This document shows positions 1 through 11,120 of a stretch of DNA of 64,000 nucleotides, piece after piece (positions within the stretch are counted from its first letter, which is position 1; each line of letters opens with the position of its first letter). The DNA comes from Zygnema circumcarinatum SAG 698-1b (Eukaryota; Plantae; Zygnematophyceae), in contig CM074819.1 in the NCBI GenBank assembly GCA_037447605.1, positions 1,882,297-1,946,296 on the forward strand, in the 5' to 3' direction. The translations under genes and the position numbers were made by a program. The notes beneath the pieces are model-generated. The model saw only the letters and a program-made list of their open reading frames with translations, was not told the origin of the DNA and searched no databases.

Positions 1-777
1 GGGTCATCCCCGGGAACTTGAAGCCACAATTCAGCAAAGCCGTGCCAAGATTGGGCGGAGTGATTCTGCATTCAGGAGGTGGTCGGGAGTGGGAGAGACG
101 GAGGGAGAGACGGAGGGAGAGGAGGGAGAGACGGAGGGAGAGACGGGGGGAGAGGATAGAGGTAGGTGGTTGGCATTTGTAAATAAGCATCGTATACATT
201 CTATTGGCTACATAGTCCTCTCCTCCTGTTTCTCTAGCTGCAGGAGTATACGAAACATTCTTTCCATGTTACTGTGGAGTAGATAGACACATAGTACATA
301 CTACATACATAGGTTCGCCTCCCCTCTCCTCGTGGTTTCTCCTAGCATCCTTTTTACAGGGTTGGATTCTTCAGGGCAGGGAAGCCGCGTGACTACTGAG
401 TCAGGTCATTGTGTTCCTCACATGGGGAAATAGGGTTCAATTAGGGTAAATCTTAGATTTGGGGCAGGGGAGGCGGAGAGCGAGAGAGCGAGAGAGAGAG
501 AGAGAAATTGCAGTCCCATTGGTTTCTTGAGACCCTTGTGGGGCAATAAACCCTTATCCATACTTGTACACGCACAGGCCTTGTTTTGGGGGTTCAGAAT
601 GGTTCAGTGTTTCGAAAATAAAAACCATCTGAGGTGTTGCTACTGGCGTTTTCTTCAAGAGAGCCCTCATTCTGTGGCTTTTTTCTGTGCAACTTCTCTT
701 CTGGTTTTCAAGGCCTTTAGGGTTTTTCCTCATACGTCCAATTGCAACATTTCACCAGCTTCATCTAAAAAATCCTT

Positions 778-1016
778 CGTAGGTCGGACCAGTGGATGGG
801 CAACCATTGGATGGCAATGGTTGGACGTCTCCAGTTTGGCAACCCGTCAAATGGTTGCCAACCATTGGCATCCACTGGTTCCGAACCATTCGAATGGTTG
901 TTTCGATCTGGCACGACTGGTTGCCAACCATTAAACGTCCAATCATTGCTATCCAATGGTTGGATGTCTAATGGTGCGCAACCAGTCGAATGGTTGGTCT
1001 AATGGTCCGACCTGTG
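778..1016. mobile_element. Non-autonomous hAT-like MITE (239 bp)
   Basis: Terminal inverted repeats CGTAGGTCGGACCA...TGGTCCGACCTGTG (11-bp perfect core). Flanked by direct repeat AAATCCTT (770-777 and 1017-1024), an 8-bp TSD. Interior built from AACCATT/AATGGTT motifs in both orientations. Confidence 0.75.
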
Positions 1017-1373
1017 AAATCCTTCACAAAAAATCAACTTAGGGTCTATTTACACACTTTTATTGGCTAGATGCACACCTTTTTTCGCCAGTCAGATTTT
1101 ATTTAGGGTTTTCAGGGTTTTGAGTTTTTTTTTTTTTTCTAAAAGGTGTGTAAATAATAATTTCCAAAATCAATACAAAATTTTGGCAGGAAGTCGTCCC
1201 CAACAGTACACAGCACAAGAAAACCACGAGGACTTTTGAAATATGCACATACTCAGTACAGCTCAAACGACCTCATAGCTTCATTGGCGGCCCCGAACCT
1301 TCAACCCTTCCAACCATAAACTGGACCCTAACCCCTAAATCCTACAAAAAAAGTCGATTTCGTTTTACAAAAA

Positions 1374-2462
1374 TCAATGTCCTGTCCCTGCAGACCTCGC
1401 CACCTCCAATGCTTTCTCCTCCAGCCTGGCCTCAAGCTCCTTCACACGTGCCAAGGCGCCTGCAAGGGCGTCCTGCAAGGTCTCAATCTTACCCTCCATG
1501 GCTGTTGCCTGCCGAGCACTCTCTTGCATCAGCTCCTTCACCTCCTCCACCTGCTCCGCCACGGCTTCCCTTCCTGTACCTCCTCCTCCTCCTCTCCTTC
1601 CCTCACTCCCATTCACTTTCCCGCTCCCACTCTCACTCAGCACAGAAAGCTCCGCCTGAGAGAGAGCCATCATCTGCAGCCTGTAAAGCGCCTCAGATTG
1701 CTCTGCCAACCGACCGCCATACTTTTCGTATTCGAGCATCTCCACTTCTTTCTCGATCTCCTCGGCGACTTTCTGCGTGGCTTCCAGTTTGTGTTCCAAT
1801 ACAGAGACCTTCGTCTTGGAATCCATGGCTTCCTTTGAAGCAGCTTTGAGCACTTCCTTCATATCCTCCACCTCGTGCAGGACCGCCTCCACCTTATCCA
1901 ACTTTTCCTCCGTTCCCGCCAGAATCTCCCGCAGTTGCTCCTTCTCCTTCTCCTCATCCTCCTCTCCCTCCCCCCCAGCCCCCATATCCTGGACCTTGGC
2001 ATCCCTCCGGCTCTTCTGCTCCTGCCGAGTCAGATGCCCCTCCCTGTGAGCCTTCTCTTTGATCACCTTTATCACTTCCGGCAGCGCCATAGCTCCCTCC
2101 TCGTTCTCTCTCGCCAGCCTCTCCCTCTCTTCCTTTGGTATCACACTCCTCCTCGCGGACTTCCACTTCCTTCCCTTATCCTCACCTCCTCCTTCCACCT
2201 CCTTCCCTCTCTCCTCCTTCCTCTCTCTATTTTCCTCCTCCTCCACTTCCTCCTCCTCCTCTCTCTCCCGCTCCTCCTCCCCTGCCGCTTCAGCCGCCGC
2301 CTTCACGTACCTCCTCAGTTCCGCCGCCGCCAAAACCCTAAACCTCAGCGCGTGCAGCTCCGCATTCGCTTCTGCGAGCGCGCTCTCACACTGCCGAGCT
2401 CTCGCCTCTGCCTCCTCCGCGCGCCGCTCCGCCTCTTTCAGCCGCCTCTCAAGGTCAGCCAT
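1374..2462 (-). CDS. Intronless coiled-coil, Glu/Lys/Arg-rich protein of unknown function (362 aa)
   Basis: Long ORF with good start context (GCAGCCATGG) and heptad-like segments (MADLERRLKEAERRAEEAEARAR; KLDKVEAVLHEVEDMKEVL; MEGKIETLQDALAGALARVKELEARLEE). No recognisable domain. Confidence 0.65.
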   Translation of the reverse strand: MADLERRLKEAERRAEEAEARARQCESALAEANAELHALRFRVLAAAELRRYVKAAAEAAGEEEREREEEEEVEEEENRERKEERGKEVEGGGEDKGRKWKSARRSVIPKEERERLARENEEGAMALPEVIKVIKEKAHREGHLTRQEQKSRRDAKVQDMGAGGEGEEDEEKEKEQLREILAGTEEKLDKVEAVLHEVEDMKEVLKAASKEAMDSKTKVSVLEHKLEATQKVAEEIEKEVEMLEYEKYGGRLAEQSEALYRLQMMALSQAELSVLSESGSGKVNGSEGRRGGGGGTGREAVAEQVEEVKELMQESARQATAMEGKIETLQDALAGALARVKELEARLEEKALEVARSAGTGH

Positions 2463-3029
2463 GGCTGCCCTCGCCCTCCCTCCCTCCCTGTCTCTCTCCC
2501 TCCCTCCCTCCCTTTCTCCCTCTCTCCCTCCCTCTCTCCCTCTCTTTCTCCCTCCCTCTCTCTCTCCCTCCCTTGCTCTCTCCCTCCCTCCCTCCCTCCC
2601 TCCCTTGCTCTCTCCCTCCCTCCCTCCCTCCCTCCCTCTCTCCCTCCCTCCCTGTCTCCCTCCCTCTCTCTCCCTCTCTCTCTCTTCCTCCCTCCCGCTC
2701 TCTCCCTCTTTCTCCCTCCCTACCTTTCTTGGAACTCGCCAAGTCTATCTCCAAGGCGTCTCCAGCAATCCAAACTCGGAAAAACCAGAAACCGGAAACT
2801 CAAAACTGAGTTTCAAATAATTTTCGGTTTAAGCGGTGACTGTCGGTTCCTGAATCTGTTCAAGCGAGCGGGCCCGGAACCTGGAAAAGTTATCGGGTAT
2901 CAGACTTCAAACATGAACGTTTTAGTAGTACTTTCAATTTACCATAATCTTTATTTTATTAAGTACTCGTTCTGGTTTCAAAATTCCCAGCAACAACTGA
3001 CCTGAGCGGGAGCGGACCTTTTGACCTTT

Positions 3030-3400
3030 TTGATGACCACGTGGCATTATGTGATTGGCTCAATGCGATTGTCCACGTGGCAATGTGTTTGTTTGTCGAC
3101 GTGGTATTATGTGATTGGCTTATTGTGACTCAGCCAATCAACATTGTCCAAGTTCTAGTGTGGCAGGTTCTGATTGGATCTAAGATCCTGCCGGCCGGCC
3201 ACCGCGTTGACTGACGGCCGTCACCTACTTTCAGTCGTTGACTTTCTGACTTTTCCGAAGTACCGGCCGACGGGCCGAGTCGGTCTCGTTAAAGTTCAAG
3301 CACTTCCTGCCAATCACGACCGGCCACGTGGCGCGCGACGTCTTGTGCCGTCACGAAGGCTAAAAAACAAGATGGCGTCATAAAATGACACGTGGCGGCG
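3030..3400. promoter_or_regulatory. G-box/ABRE plus CCAAT cluster upstream of the coiled-coil gene
   Basis: CACGTGGC at 3038, 3074, 3325 and 3389. Repeated module ACGTGG(C/T)ATTATGTGATTGGCT at ~3039 and ~3099. CCAATCA at ~3134 and ~3310. Confidence 0.4.
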
Positions 3401-3864
3401 TGTTACTACTTCCACTTCTACCCCATTTTTATATTCGGGTACGAACGAGAAATCCAAAAATTCCAAAGGTCCATTTCAATGTTCCTCGTCTCCAACTGAT
3501 TCAACCTTTTGCTCGTGCGATATGCCGTCAGCAGAGTTGAACCACATCAGCAAAAGTAGCAATGACTAGCCGCCTTTAGTCACCAGTCATGGCTAAAATC
3601 GACTAGGCCTCTCCGGCTCCAAGGGACTCCCTCTCAAGAGGAGAAACCCTAAAAAAAACATTAGTATCAATAAGTACAATCTCGCAATCGACACGTGGCC
3701 CTTCTTCTCATTTATTTACCCATCTATAAAACTGGTTTGTAAAGGACTTGCAACTCAGCAAGAATGAGTTTATAATTACCGTTAGAAAAAAAAAAATACC
3801 AAAAAAAATCAACAAAATTGTCAAGTAGTACTCATGTTCTCTCGTAGTCGCCCACTGCCCTGTT

Positions 3865-4076
3865 CCCTGCTTCCGTTCCCCTTCCCGTTCCATTCCCCTT
3901 CCCGTTCCATTCCCGTTCCCGTTCCGTTCCCGTTCCGTTCCCGTTCCGTTCCCGTTCCATTCCCGTTCTATGTTACAACGCTGAAAAAAACAAAAGACTC
4001 CCTCATTCTCTCGTCCCCACCGTCCTCTCAGTTCCAGATCCAGTTCCAGTTCCAGTTCCAGATCCAGTTCCAGTTC
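3865..4076. repeat. Microsatellites (CCCGTT/CCGTT)n and (CCAGTT)n
   Basis: Directly visible tandem 5-6-mers at ~3870-3968 and ~4029-4075. Confidence 0.85.
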
Positions 4077-4116
4077 CTCCGTGGAACAGCCCCGCACATG
4101 TGCATGCCCACACGTG

Positions 4117-4793
4117 TCAGTTGGGCGGGTACCGTAGCGCGAGGAAGTCGTCCATGCGGCGGCGCATGACCGGCGGCCACCGCCGTACGGCGCGCAGCCA
4201 CTCGCGGTCGCGGTCAGCAGCGTGGAGGGCCCCCTGATGCGCTCGCAGGCGGAGCTGCCACTCCTCCTGGCCTTCTCCCGCCTCGCCCTGCGAGACCGTG
4301 GGGCAGGGAGGGAGGGAGGGGAGGGGAGGGGAGGGGAGGGGAGGGGAGGGGAGGGGAGGGGAGGGGAGGGGAGGGGANNNNNNNNNNNNNNNNNNNNNNN
4401 NNNNNNNNNNNNNNNNNNNNNNNNNNNNNNNNNNNNNNNNNNNNNNNNNNNNNNNNNNNNNNNNNNNNNNNNNNNNNAGAATTGCGAGGGAGGTTGGAGA
4501 GAGGGGGTTTGAGAGAGGAGATTGTGAGAGAGAGAGAAAGGAGATATGTAACTTCAACCATGGTGGGTTTGCAGGATTGGTAGAGAAAAGGAAGGCTGCA
4601 TCTCCTCCCGACAGTGTCCCTCTCGGCGGGTCCAAAAAGTCGCTTGTAATTGTCGACCACTTGCCGCAGCCGCCGCCGCCAAAGTCCTCTTGCTGCTTTT
4701 GAGGGCACATGTGACGGCCAGTTAGGAAATCCGTTGGACGGTGGGACTACTGTGTTCCATGCTTCATTTATTTTCCTTTCTTTGAAGGTACTG
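4117..4793 (-). CDS. Possible small multi-exon gene or gene fragment, product unknown
   Basis: A polypyrimidine tract and CTCGCAG acceptor precede a GC-rich terminal reading frame GEAGEGQEEWQLRLRAHQ...MDDFLALRYPPN* (to 4117). An upstream coding-like stretch reads TFKERKINEAWNTVVPP...WRRRLRQVVDNYKRLFGP (~4793-4620). A 100-N gap lies between them and no homology is recognised. Confidence 0.2.
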
Positions 4794-5929
4794 TGTATAT
4801 AGATAGGGGGGGAATAAGGGACAGATTTGTAAAAAGATTGTCGGCCATGTCGGTCCCTCCATGTGTTACTGAAAAAAAAATAGCTTTCTGAAAGCTTATC
4901 TTTGGAAGGCAATTTGTAATTCAGAGATGGTAAAAATATATATAAGTATGGTTAGGATGTCCAGTGGCGGCTGTCGTCATCGACGCGTGAAAGGCGGCTC
5001 CTGATTGGTCGTCGAGGCCTTGACGTTGCGCTGTGGCTCGTTGATTTCCTCCTCGTGGTTTTCATGGTCCAACTTTCTGCAACTACTTACAACTTTGCTG
5101 ACGTATTCTTCCACTTGTGGACGGATGAAGTTTCTTGTATTGAACCTCTCGAAATTTGGTGCATACCCAAATAGAAAAATGGGGTAAACAAAGAAAAATT
5201 TACAACATCTTTTGACCGAAAGCCACCACGTGGCACATCTTGTTTGAATTTGTCCTGAAGCTCCATGTGGAGCTCCTTTCATCAGCCACGTGGCGCTATA
5301 GCAGTGGCGCTAGCGGCGGTAAGCGCACGCCCCTCCGGCTTCCATCCACTGTCCAACTGGATCGCACTTGCGGACGGTTGAAGTGCAGCGGTTGAAGCGA
5401 GCTCAAAAACTTCACTTGGGAAGTTGGAAAACTCGCGGCCTCAGTTTGCAACTTTAGCGCGTCGGAGGAGGCTTAAAAAAAAAGGAAAGAAAGAAAGTGG
5501 TCGAAAATCAGTTCAACTAAAGTTCGGAAAAATTCGGTACATGGAAACGCATTTATTGCCAGCATAGCAGCTCCTTATTGGTCGTCTTCCCAATCCAACT
5601 TTTTTTTTTTTTTCTAAATCCAACCGTTTTTTTCGCAGCAGAAAAATACTTCTCCGAACCGTCGCACGTGTGTTCACCGATCGGGATATTTCCCCATTGT
5701 GAACACGGATCCGGATATGTCTGAGCCCGTTCACACTGTCCCCTAGTTCAAGATTCTACTTCGCCCGTGATCTGCGCGTGCCGGCCTGCCACGTGGCGGC
5801 CTCTCCGTCGTTCTTGGATCGACCGACCACTCTGGTGGCGCTACGTGGACTCGCTCTCATTTTCAGAGATTTGCAGATTTAAGGTTTAGGGTTTAAGCGC
5901 CTCTAAAATCTCCACCCTTCCTCCTTCCT

Positions 5930-6497
5930 CTGAACCCTAACCCTAACACTTTTCCTGAACCCTGATCCTAACCCTAATTCTTACCCTAACCCTAATCTTA
6001 ACCCTAATCCGGAACCCTAACCCTAACCCTAATCACTGAGCCCTAATCCCAATCTAAATTCTATTAACCCTCACACTAGTATTACCTCTGATCCTAATCG
6101 TAGTCCTTAAACATTAGCTCTTCTCTCTTCCCCATTGTAACCCCACTCTAACCCTAATCTTAACGATGATCCGAACTCTAACTCTTATTTTACCCTTGTG
6201 TTAACTCTAACCCTAACCCTAATCCTAGCCTATGATCTAACAGTAGCGTTTACCCAGATCGTAACCCTAATCCTAATTCTAATAACCTCTAACTCTAACT
6301 TAACCTTGAATTAGGATCCTGATCTAAGCTCTGAGGTTCCCTAACCCTAACCCTAACCTTAACCCTAAATTTTAAGCTAATTATAACCCTGACATTAATT
6401 AAGCCTCAAGCCAGACTAAACGCTAACCTAAACGCCATCCGTGACCAAATCCTAACCCTAACCCTAACGATAATCCTAACCCTAATCCTAATCTGAC
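5930..6497. repeat. Degenerate telomere-like (CCCTAA/AACCCTA)n tract (telo-box-like) immediately upstream of the MINDY gene
   Basis: Many AACCCTA/CCCTAA units ending ~40 bp before the ATG at 6535. Confidence 0.75.
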
Positions 6498-6534
6498 CTA
6501 TCGAGGGCTGCATTGCGCAACCATAAAGCGCCAC

Positions 6535-9500
6535 ATGGCGGACATTGCGGACGAGGAGGATGAAGAGCTCCAAATGGCATTCAGGATGAGCCTCGCGGGG
6601 GAGGGGGGGGGAGGGAGTGAAGTGCCGGAAGCCAAGCGAAGCAGAGGGGAGGAAGCAGCAGAGGAGAGCTCGGAAGCCATGGCTGCTGCAGGAGCACTTA
6701 AGGCTTCAGAAGGAGAGAGGCCAGAAGAGGGGAAAGGGGAAGGGGAGAGAGAGGGGGAAGGAGAGGGAAAGAGCGAAGGGGGAAACGAAGAGGGAGAGAA
6801 GAAAGGTGGGAGAGAGGAGGATAACGAGGCAAGAGAACGGCGGTTGCAGAGGGAGATGCGAGCGGCAGCAGCGGAGAGGAGGTTTGCGGCAGGGAGGAAG
6901 ATGGAAGGAGGGACGGGAGAAGGTAGAGAGGTAGGAGGGAGGGGAGAGGGAGAGGGAGAGGGAGAGGGAGGGAGAGCGGAGAGAGAGGGATCTGTGCCCG
7001 GACGGTTGTCAGCCGTGCAGGCGGAGAAGCTCTTTGAGATGGTTTTTGGAGCAGAGCCCCCACGGCAGGCTATGGCGCAGTGGTCGCATCAGGGCTTTAG
7101 GTGCTCCTTCTCTCTCTCTCCCTTCGGGATCTGTCTCTCTCCTTTCCCTTCACTCCCTGCCTCTCTTACTCCCCCTTCCCTTCCTGTCTCTCTTCCTCTT
7201 TCCCCCTCCCTTCCTTCCTCTCGCTCTCCGCCTTCTGTATCTCTCCCTATTCTCGTTCTCCCGCCCCCCTCTCCCACTCTCTCCCCCTCTTCTAGTCCTC
7301 TCTCTCTCTTCCTCTCCCTCCCTTCCCCCCCTATCCATGTCTATCGTCCCCATTTCTCCTCCCTCCCTCTCTCTCTCTCTTCCCCTTCTATCCATGTCTC
7401 TCGTCCCCTTTCTGCCTCCCTCCCTCCCTCTCTATCTCCCTTCCCCTTCTATCCCTGTCACACTTCCCCTTCCTCCCTCCCTCCCTCCCTCCCTCCCTCC
7501 CTCCCTCTCTCCAACTTCCCTCCGCCTCCGACATTTTCAATTTCACTTTCATTTCCACATTTTTATTTTTTTAATGAACGGAAGCATTGTTCCGCATTTT
7601 TCCGCATGAAATCCGCAGGTTCAGCAACCACCTGGAAACTTCCTGGGGCCTCGTTCAAGGGGAGGGGGGGCCTTGCGGAGTACTGGCTCCGATTCAAGCC
7701 TTCGTTATGAAGCACCTCCTATTCACTGACATGGCAGGCGGCAGCCAATCAGAGGGCGCCACGTGGCAGCAGAGGGAAAGTTATGGCCAATCAGAGAGCG
7801 CCAGGTGGCAGCAAGGGGGAGCCGCCGAGGGGAAGGCGGGAGGGGAAGGGGAGGCTGACGTGGACCTTGTGTTCAGCGACGAGGAGAGGAATAGGTGAGA
7901 CTTTTTTTTCTGAAGGGTTTTAGGCTTAGGGTTCTAGGGTTTTTAGGGTTTCTGGGGGGGGGGGGGTTTCTAGGGCTCTAAATCCTCTACCAAGTGAAGG
8001 ACTGGGAGAGGGAGGGGGAGAGGAAAGGGAGATGGAGTGGGGAAGGGAAAGGCGGAGGGAGAGGGAGACGAGGGAGAGGAAGACGGAGAGGGAGAGGAAG
8101 AGGGTGAGGAAGACGGAGAGGGAGAGGGAGAGGAAGACGGAGAGGGAGAGGGAGAAGGAGAGGAAGTCGGAAAGGGAGAGGGACGGAGAGGGAGAGGGAG
8201 AGGAAGAGGAAGACGGAGAGGGAAAGGAGGGGGAGGGAGAGGAAGATGAAGACGGAGAGGGAGAGGGAGCAGCAGAAGAGAGCTAAAGGGAGGGGGTTCT
8301 AGGGGTCTTTCGTGTCCGCACGATTTTAACTCTTTTGATTTCTTTTCTTTTTCTCTCTTTTTTTTTCTTTCCTTTATTTTCCGGTCTGTTGGACGGAGGG
8401 TGCAGAGCGCTTGTGAGGGCTTTGGGAGAAAGTTTGTGGCAGGCGGGCAGCAAAAAAAAAGCGATTTTGGCCGTGATCGAGAGGCCGGGACTGGAGGAGG
8501 CTCTGAAGGCGGGCAGGGAGCGGCAGGACGAGGTCGGACATGGGGATCAGGGCTCAAGGCCCTTAAACCCTAAACCTTAAACCCTAAACGCTAAACCTTA
8601 AACCCTAATCCTTAAGCCCTCAACCATCAACCCTACCCTAAACCATAACCCTAAAACTTTAACCCTAAACCTAAGCCTTAAACCCTAGACCCTAAACCCT
8701 ACAACCTGAACGCTAAACTGTCAACCCCGGGCCCTAGACCCTCTAATCTCTACGCCCTTACGTCCCGTAAACCCTTATCAAGTGATCCCTTAACCCTAAC
8801 CTCTACACCCTAAACCCTTAAACCCTAATTCCTTAAACCCTTAACCCTAACCTCTAGACCCTAAACCCTTAAACCCAAAATCCTTATATCCTAAACTCTT
8901 AAACCCCTAAACCCTAACCTCTAAACCCTAGGCCTTAATCCGAAACTCTTAACCCTTGCCCTAAAACCCGACACCCTAACCCCTGAACCTTAACCCTAAG
9001 ACCCTAAGTTTAACCCTCCACCCTAATCCCTAAACCCTGGAATCACCCCAAGCTGCCTGCGGCACTCTATTCACATTTCACATTTCACATTTCACATTTC
9101 ACATTTCACATTTCACATTTCACATTCCACATTTCACATTCCACATTTCACATTCCACATTTCACATTTCACATTCCACATTTCACATTCCACATTTCAC
9201 ATTTTGACATTCCACATCTCACATTCAACATCTCACATCTCACATCCCACATTCCACATTTCACATTTTGACATTTTTCACAATTTGACATTTTGTGAGT
9301 GAGTGAGGGAGTGCGTGCAGGCCGTGGGGAGGGTCCTGGAGGGTCTGAGCCTGCACTCGGGGGCAGCGCTGAAGGGGGCGCTGCGAGTGAGGGAGTGTTC
9401 CTCTCTCGAGGAGACGGAGAGAGAGGTAGAGGGGGCACTGCCCGTGTTTAGGAGCGACTTTGGAGCCCTCCTGCTGCTCTTTTCTGCACTGCTATCCAGA

Positions 9501-11120
9501 ACTCTGGTGAGGGAAACCTCTCTCCCTCTCTCTCTCTCGCTCTCTTTCTCGCTACCTCTCCTTCGCGCTTTCCCTTTGGCCCTCTCCGTCTCTCTCTCCC
9601 TCACTCACTCTCTCCCTCTGCCTCTCCCCCCTCTCCCCCTCTTTCTCCCTCTCCCTCTCGCTCGCCCTCTCTCCCCCTCCCCCTTCCTCTTTATTCAATT
9701 TCCTTTCCACTTCTTGTAATGCATATTTCTCTCTCTCTCTCTCTCTCTCCCCGCGTGCTGCAGGAGGGCGCGCAGGAGGATAGAGACGACCAGGAGCAGC
9801 CTCTGGTGACCCGGCCCTTTGGTCATGCCTCACAGGTCTGCAGAGAGTGGGAGAGAGAGGGAGAGAGGGAGGGAGGGGGTGGAAGGGAAGGAGAAAGGAG
9901 GGGGGGGGAGGACCTGGGAGGTCCCAGGGAAGGAGAGGGAGGGGGAGGGAGGGGAAGAGGGAGTAGGGGAAGAGGAAAAGAGGGAGGACGAGAGAGGGAG
10001 GGAGGGAGAGAGTCGGTCAGGGAGATGGGGAAGGGGGGGGGGGGGGGGGGGGNNNNNNNNNNCGAGGAAAACAGAGAGTTTCAAATGAAGGACTTTTCAC
10101 TTTTATCCCACATTATCTCACAACTGGTCAACGACCCCTTTCAACCTCCATATTTCCTTCACGACTATTTTCAAAACCATAGTTTCTAATAATTATCTGA
10201 ATCGGAACAAAATTGTAATTTTTTTTCAGGAAATCGTGAACCTTCTGTTATGTGGTCGGGCAGCCCCAAATGTTTTCGACGACAACATCGATCTCGGAGG
10301 GGGAATGTGCTTGAAGGGAATTTCCTCTGAAGTGGAAGTGGGGTTTTTGACTTTATTGGAAGCCCTAAACCTTTGTAAAGTCGGGCAGCGACTGAAAAAC
10401 CCTAAATGGCCAGTTTGGGTGGTAGGGAGTGAGAGCCACTATACCGTTTTATTCGCTCGAAACATTTCAGTTTTGGAAGAAAGTGAAGCAGAAAGTAGAG
10501 AATTCAAAATAAAACAAGGGTTCGATGAATTAGATACAAGTGGGGGGGGGGGGTTCATCACTCCGGATGCCCTCCGTACATTGCTAACCGACTTCAGTAT
10601 CGATTTTCCGGAGAGTGTATTGACGGAATTTTCGAGCCTGGATATTGTGGTGTGGAACGACTTTCTTCAAGCTCTTACAAAGCTGGAGAAGGAGAGAGGA
10701 GGGCTGAGGGGGGTAGGAGGAGGAGGAGGAGGAGGAGGTCCTCTCCCACACAAGAAGTTTGAGATATACCATTTCAATGGAATTGCTAAGTTCGATGTGG
10801 GAGGGGGAAACAATGGAAGTGGACTTTATGGAGAGATGGGGCAGCAGAGACCCCGCTTGACAAAGTTAAAGGTCAGTGTTCCTCCAAAGTGGACCCCTGA
10901 TACTGTGTTGATCGACCAGTATCAGTCGTATGCTGTGAGAGAGGATGGGGAGTTGGAGGGGATGGGAGACTCTACAGAGATGGGAGGAGAGAGTTCAGAG
11001 GGAGGAGGAGGCGAGGGGAAGATGGAGGTAGTACAGAATGCCCCATTGGTGGACTGTATACGGACAAGATGGCAACGCGCTACGTGTAGATGGGTGGGAG
11101 ACCCACCGTCCATTGTTTGA
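6535..11120 (+). CDS. MINDY3: MINDY-3/4 family deubiquitinase (ubiquitin carboxyl-terminal hydrolase), plant type, ~705 aa, 6 exons
   Basis: Exons 6535-7100, 7619-7894, 8406-8532, 9321-9506, 9764-9835, 10230-11120. All introns are GT-AG and the total of 2118 nt is in frame. Motifs: N-terminal UIM-like DEEDEELQMAFRMSL, catalytic Cys in WGLVQGEGGPCGVLAPIQA, FGHASQEIVNLLLCGRA, GFLTLLE, catalytic His in LKNPKWPVWVVGSESHYTVLF, EF-hand-like FDELDTSGGGGFI, YHFNG and CIRTRW. Confidence 0.93.
8564..9040. repeat. Telomere-like (AAACCCT)n degenerate array in MINDY intron 3
   Basis: Repeated TAAACCCTAA/CCCTAAA units. Confidence 0.8.
9071..9292. repeat. Heptamer microsatellite (CACATTT/CACATTC)n in MINDY intron 3
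   Basis: About 30 visible tandem 7-mers. Confidence 0.9.

Noticed and set aside
1-300. Possible exon at the window start
   Set aside because: Too short and followed by GA repeats, with no motif to support it.
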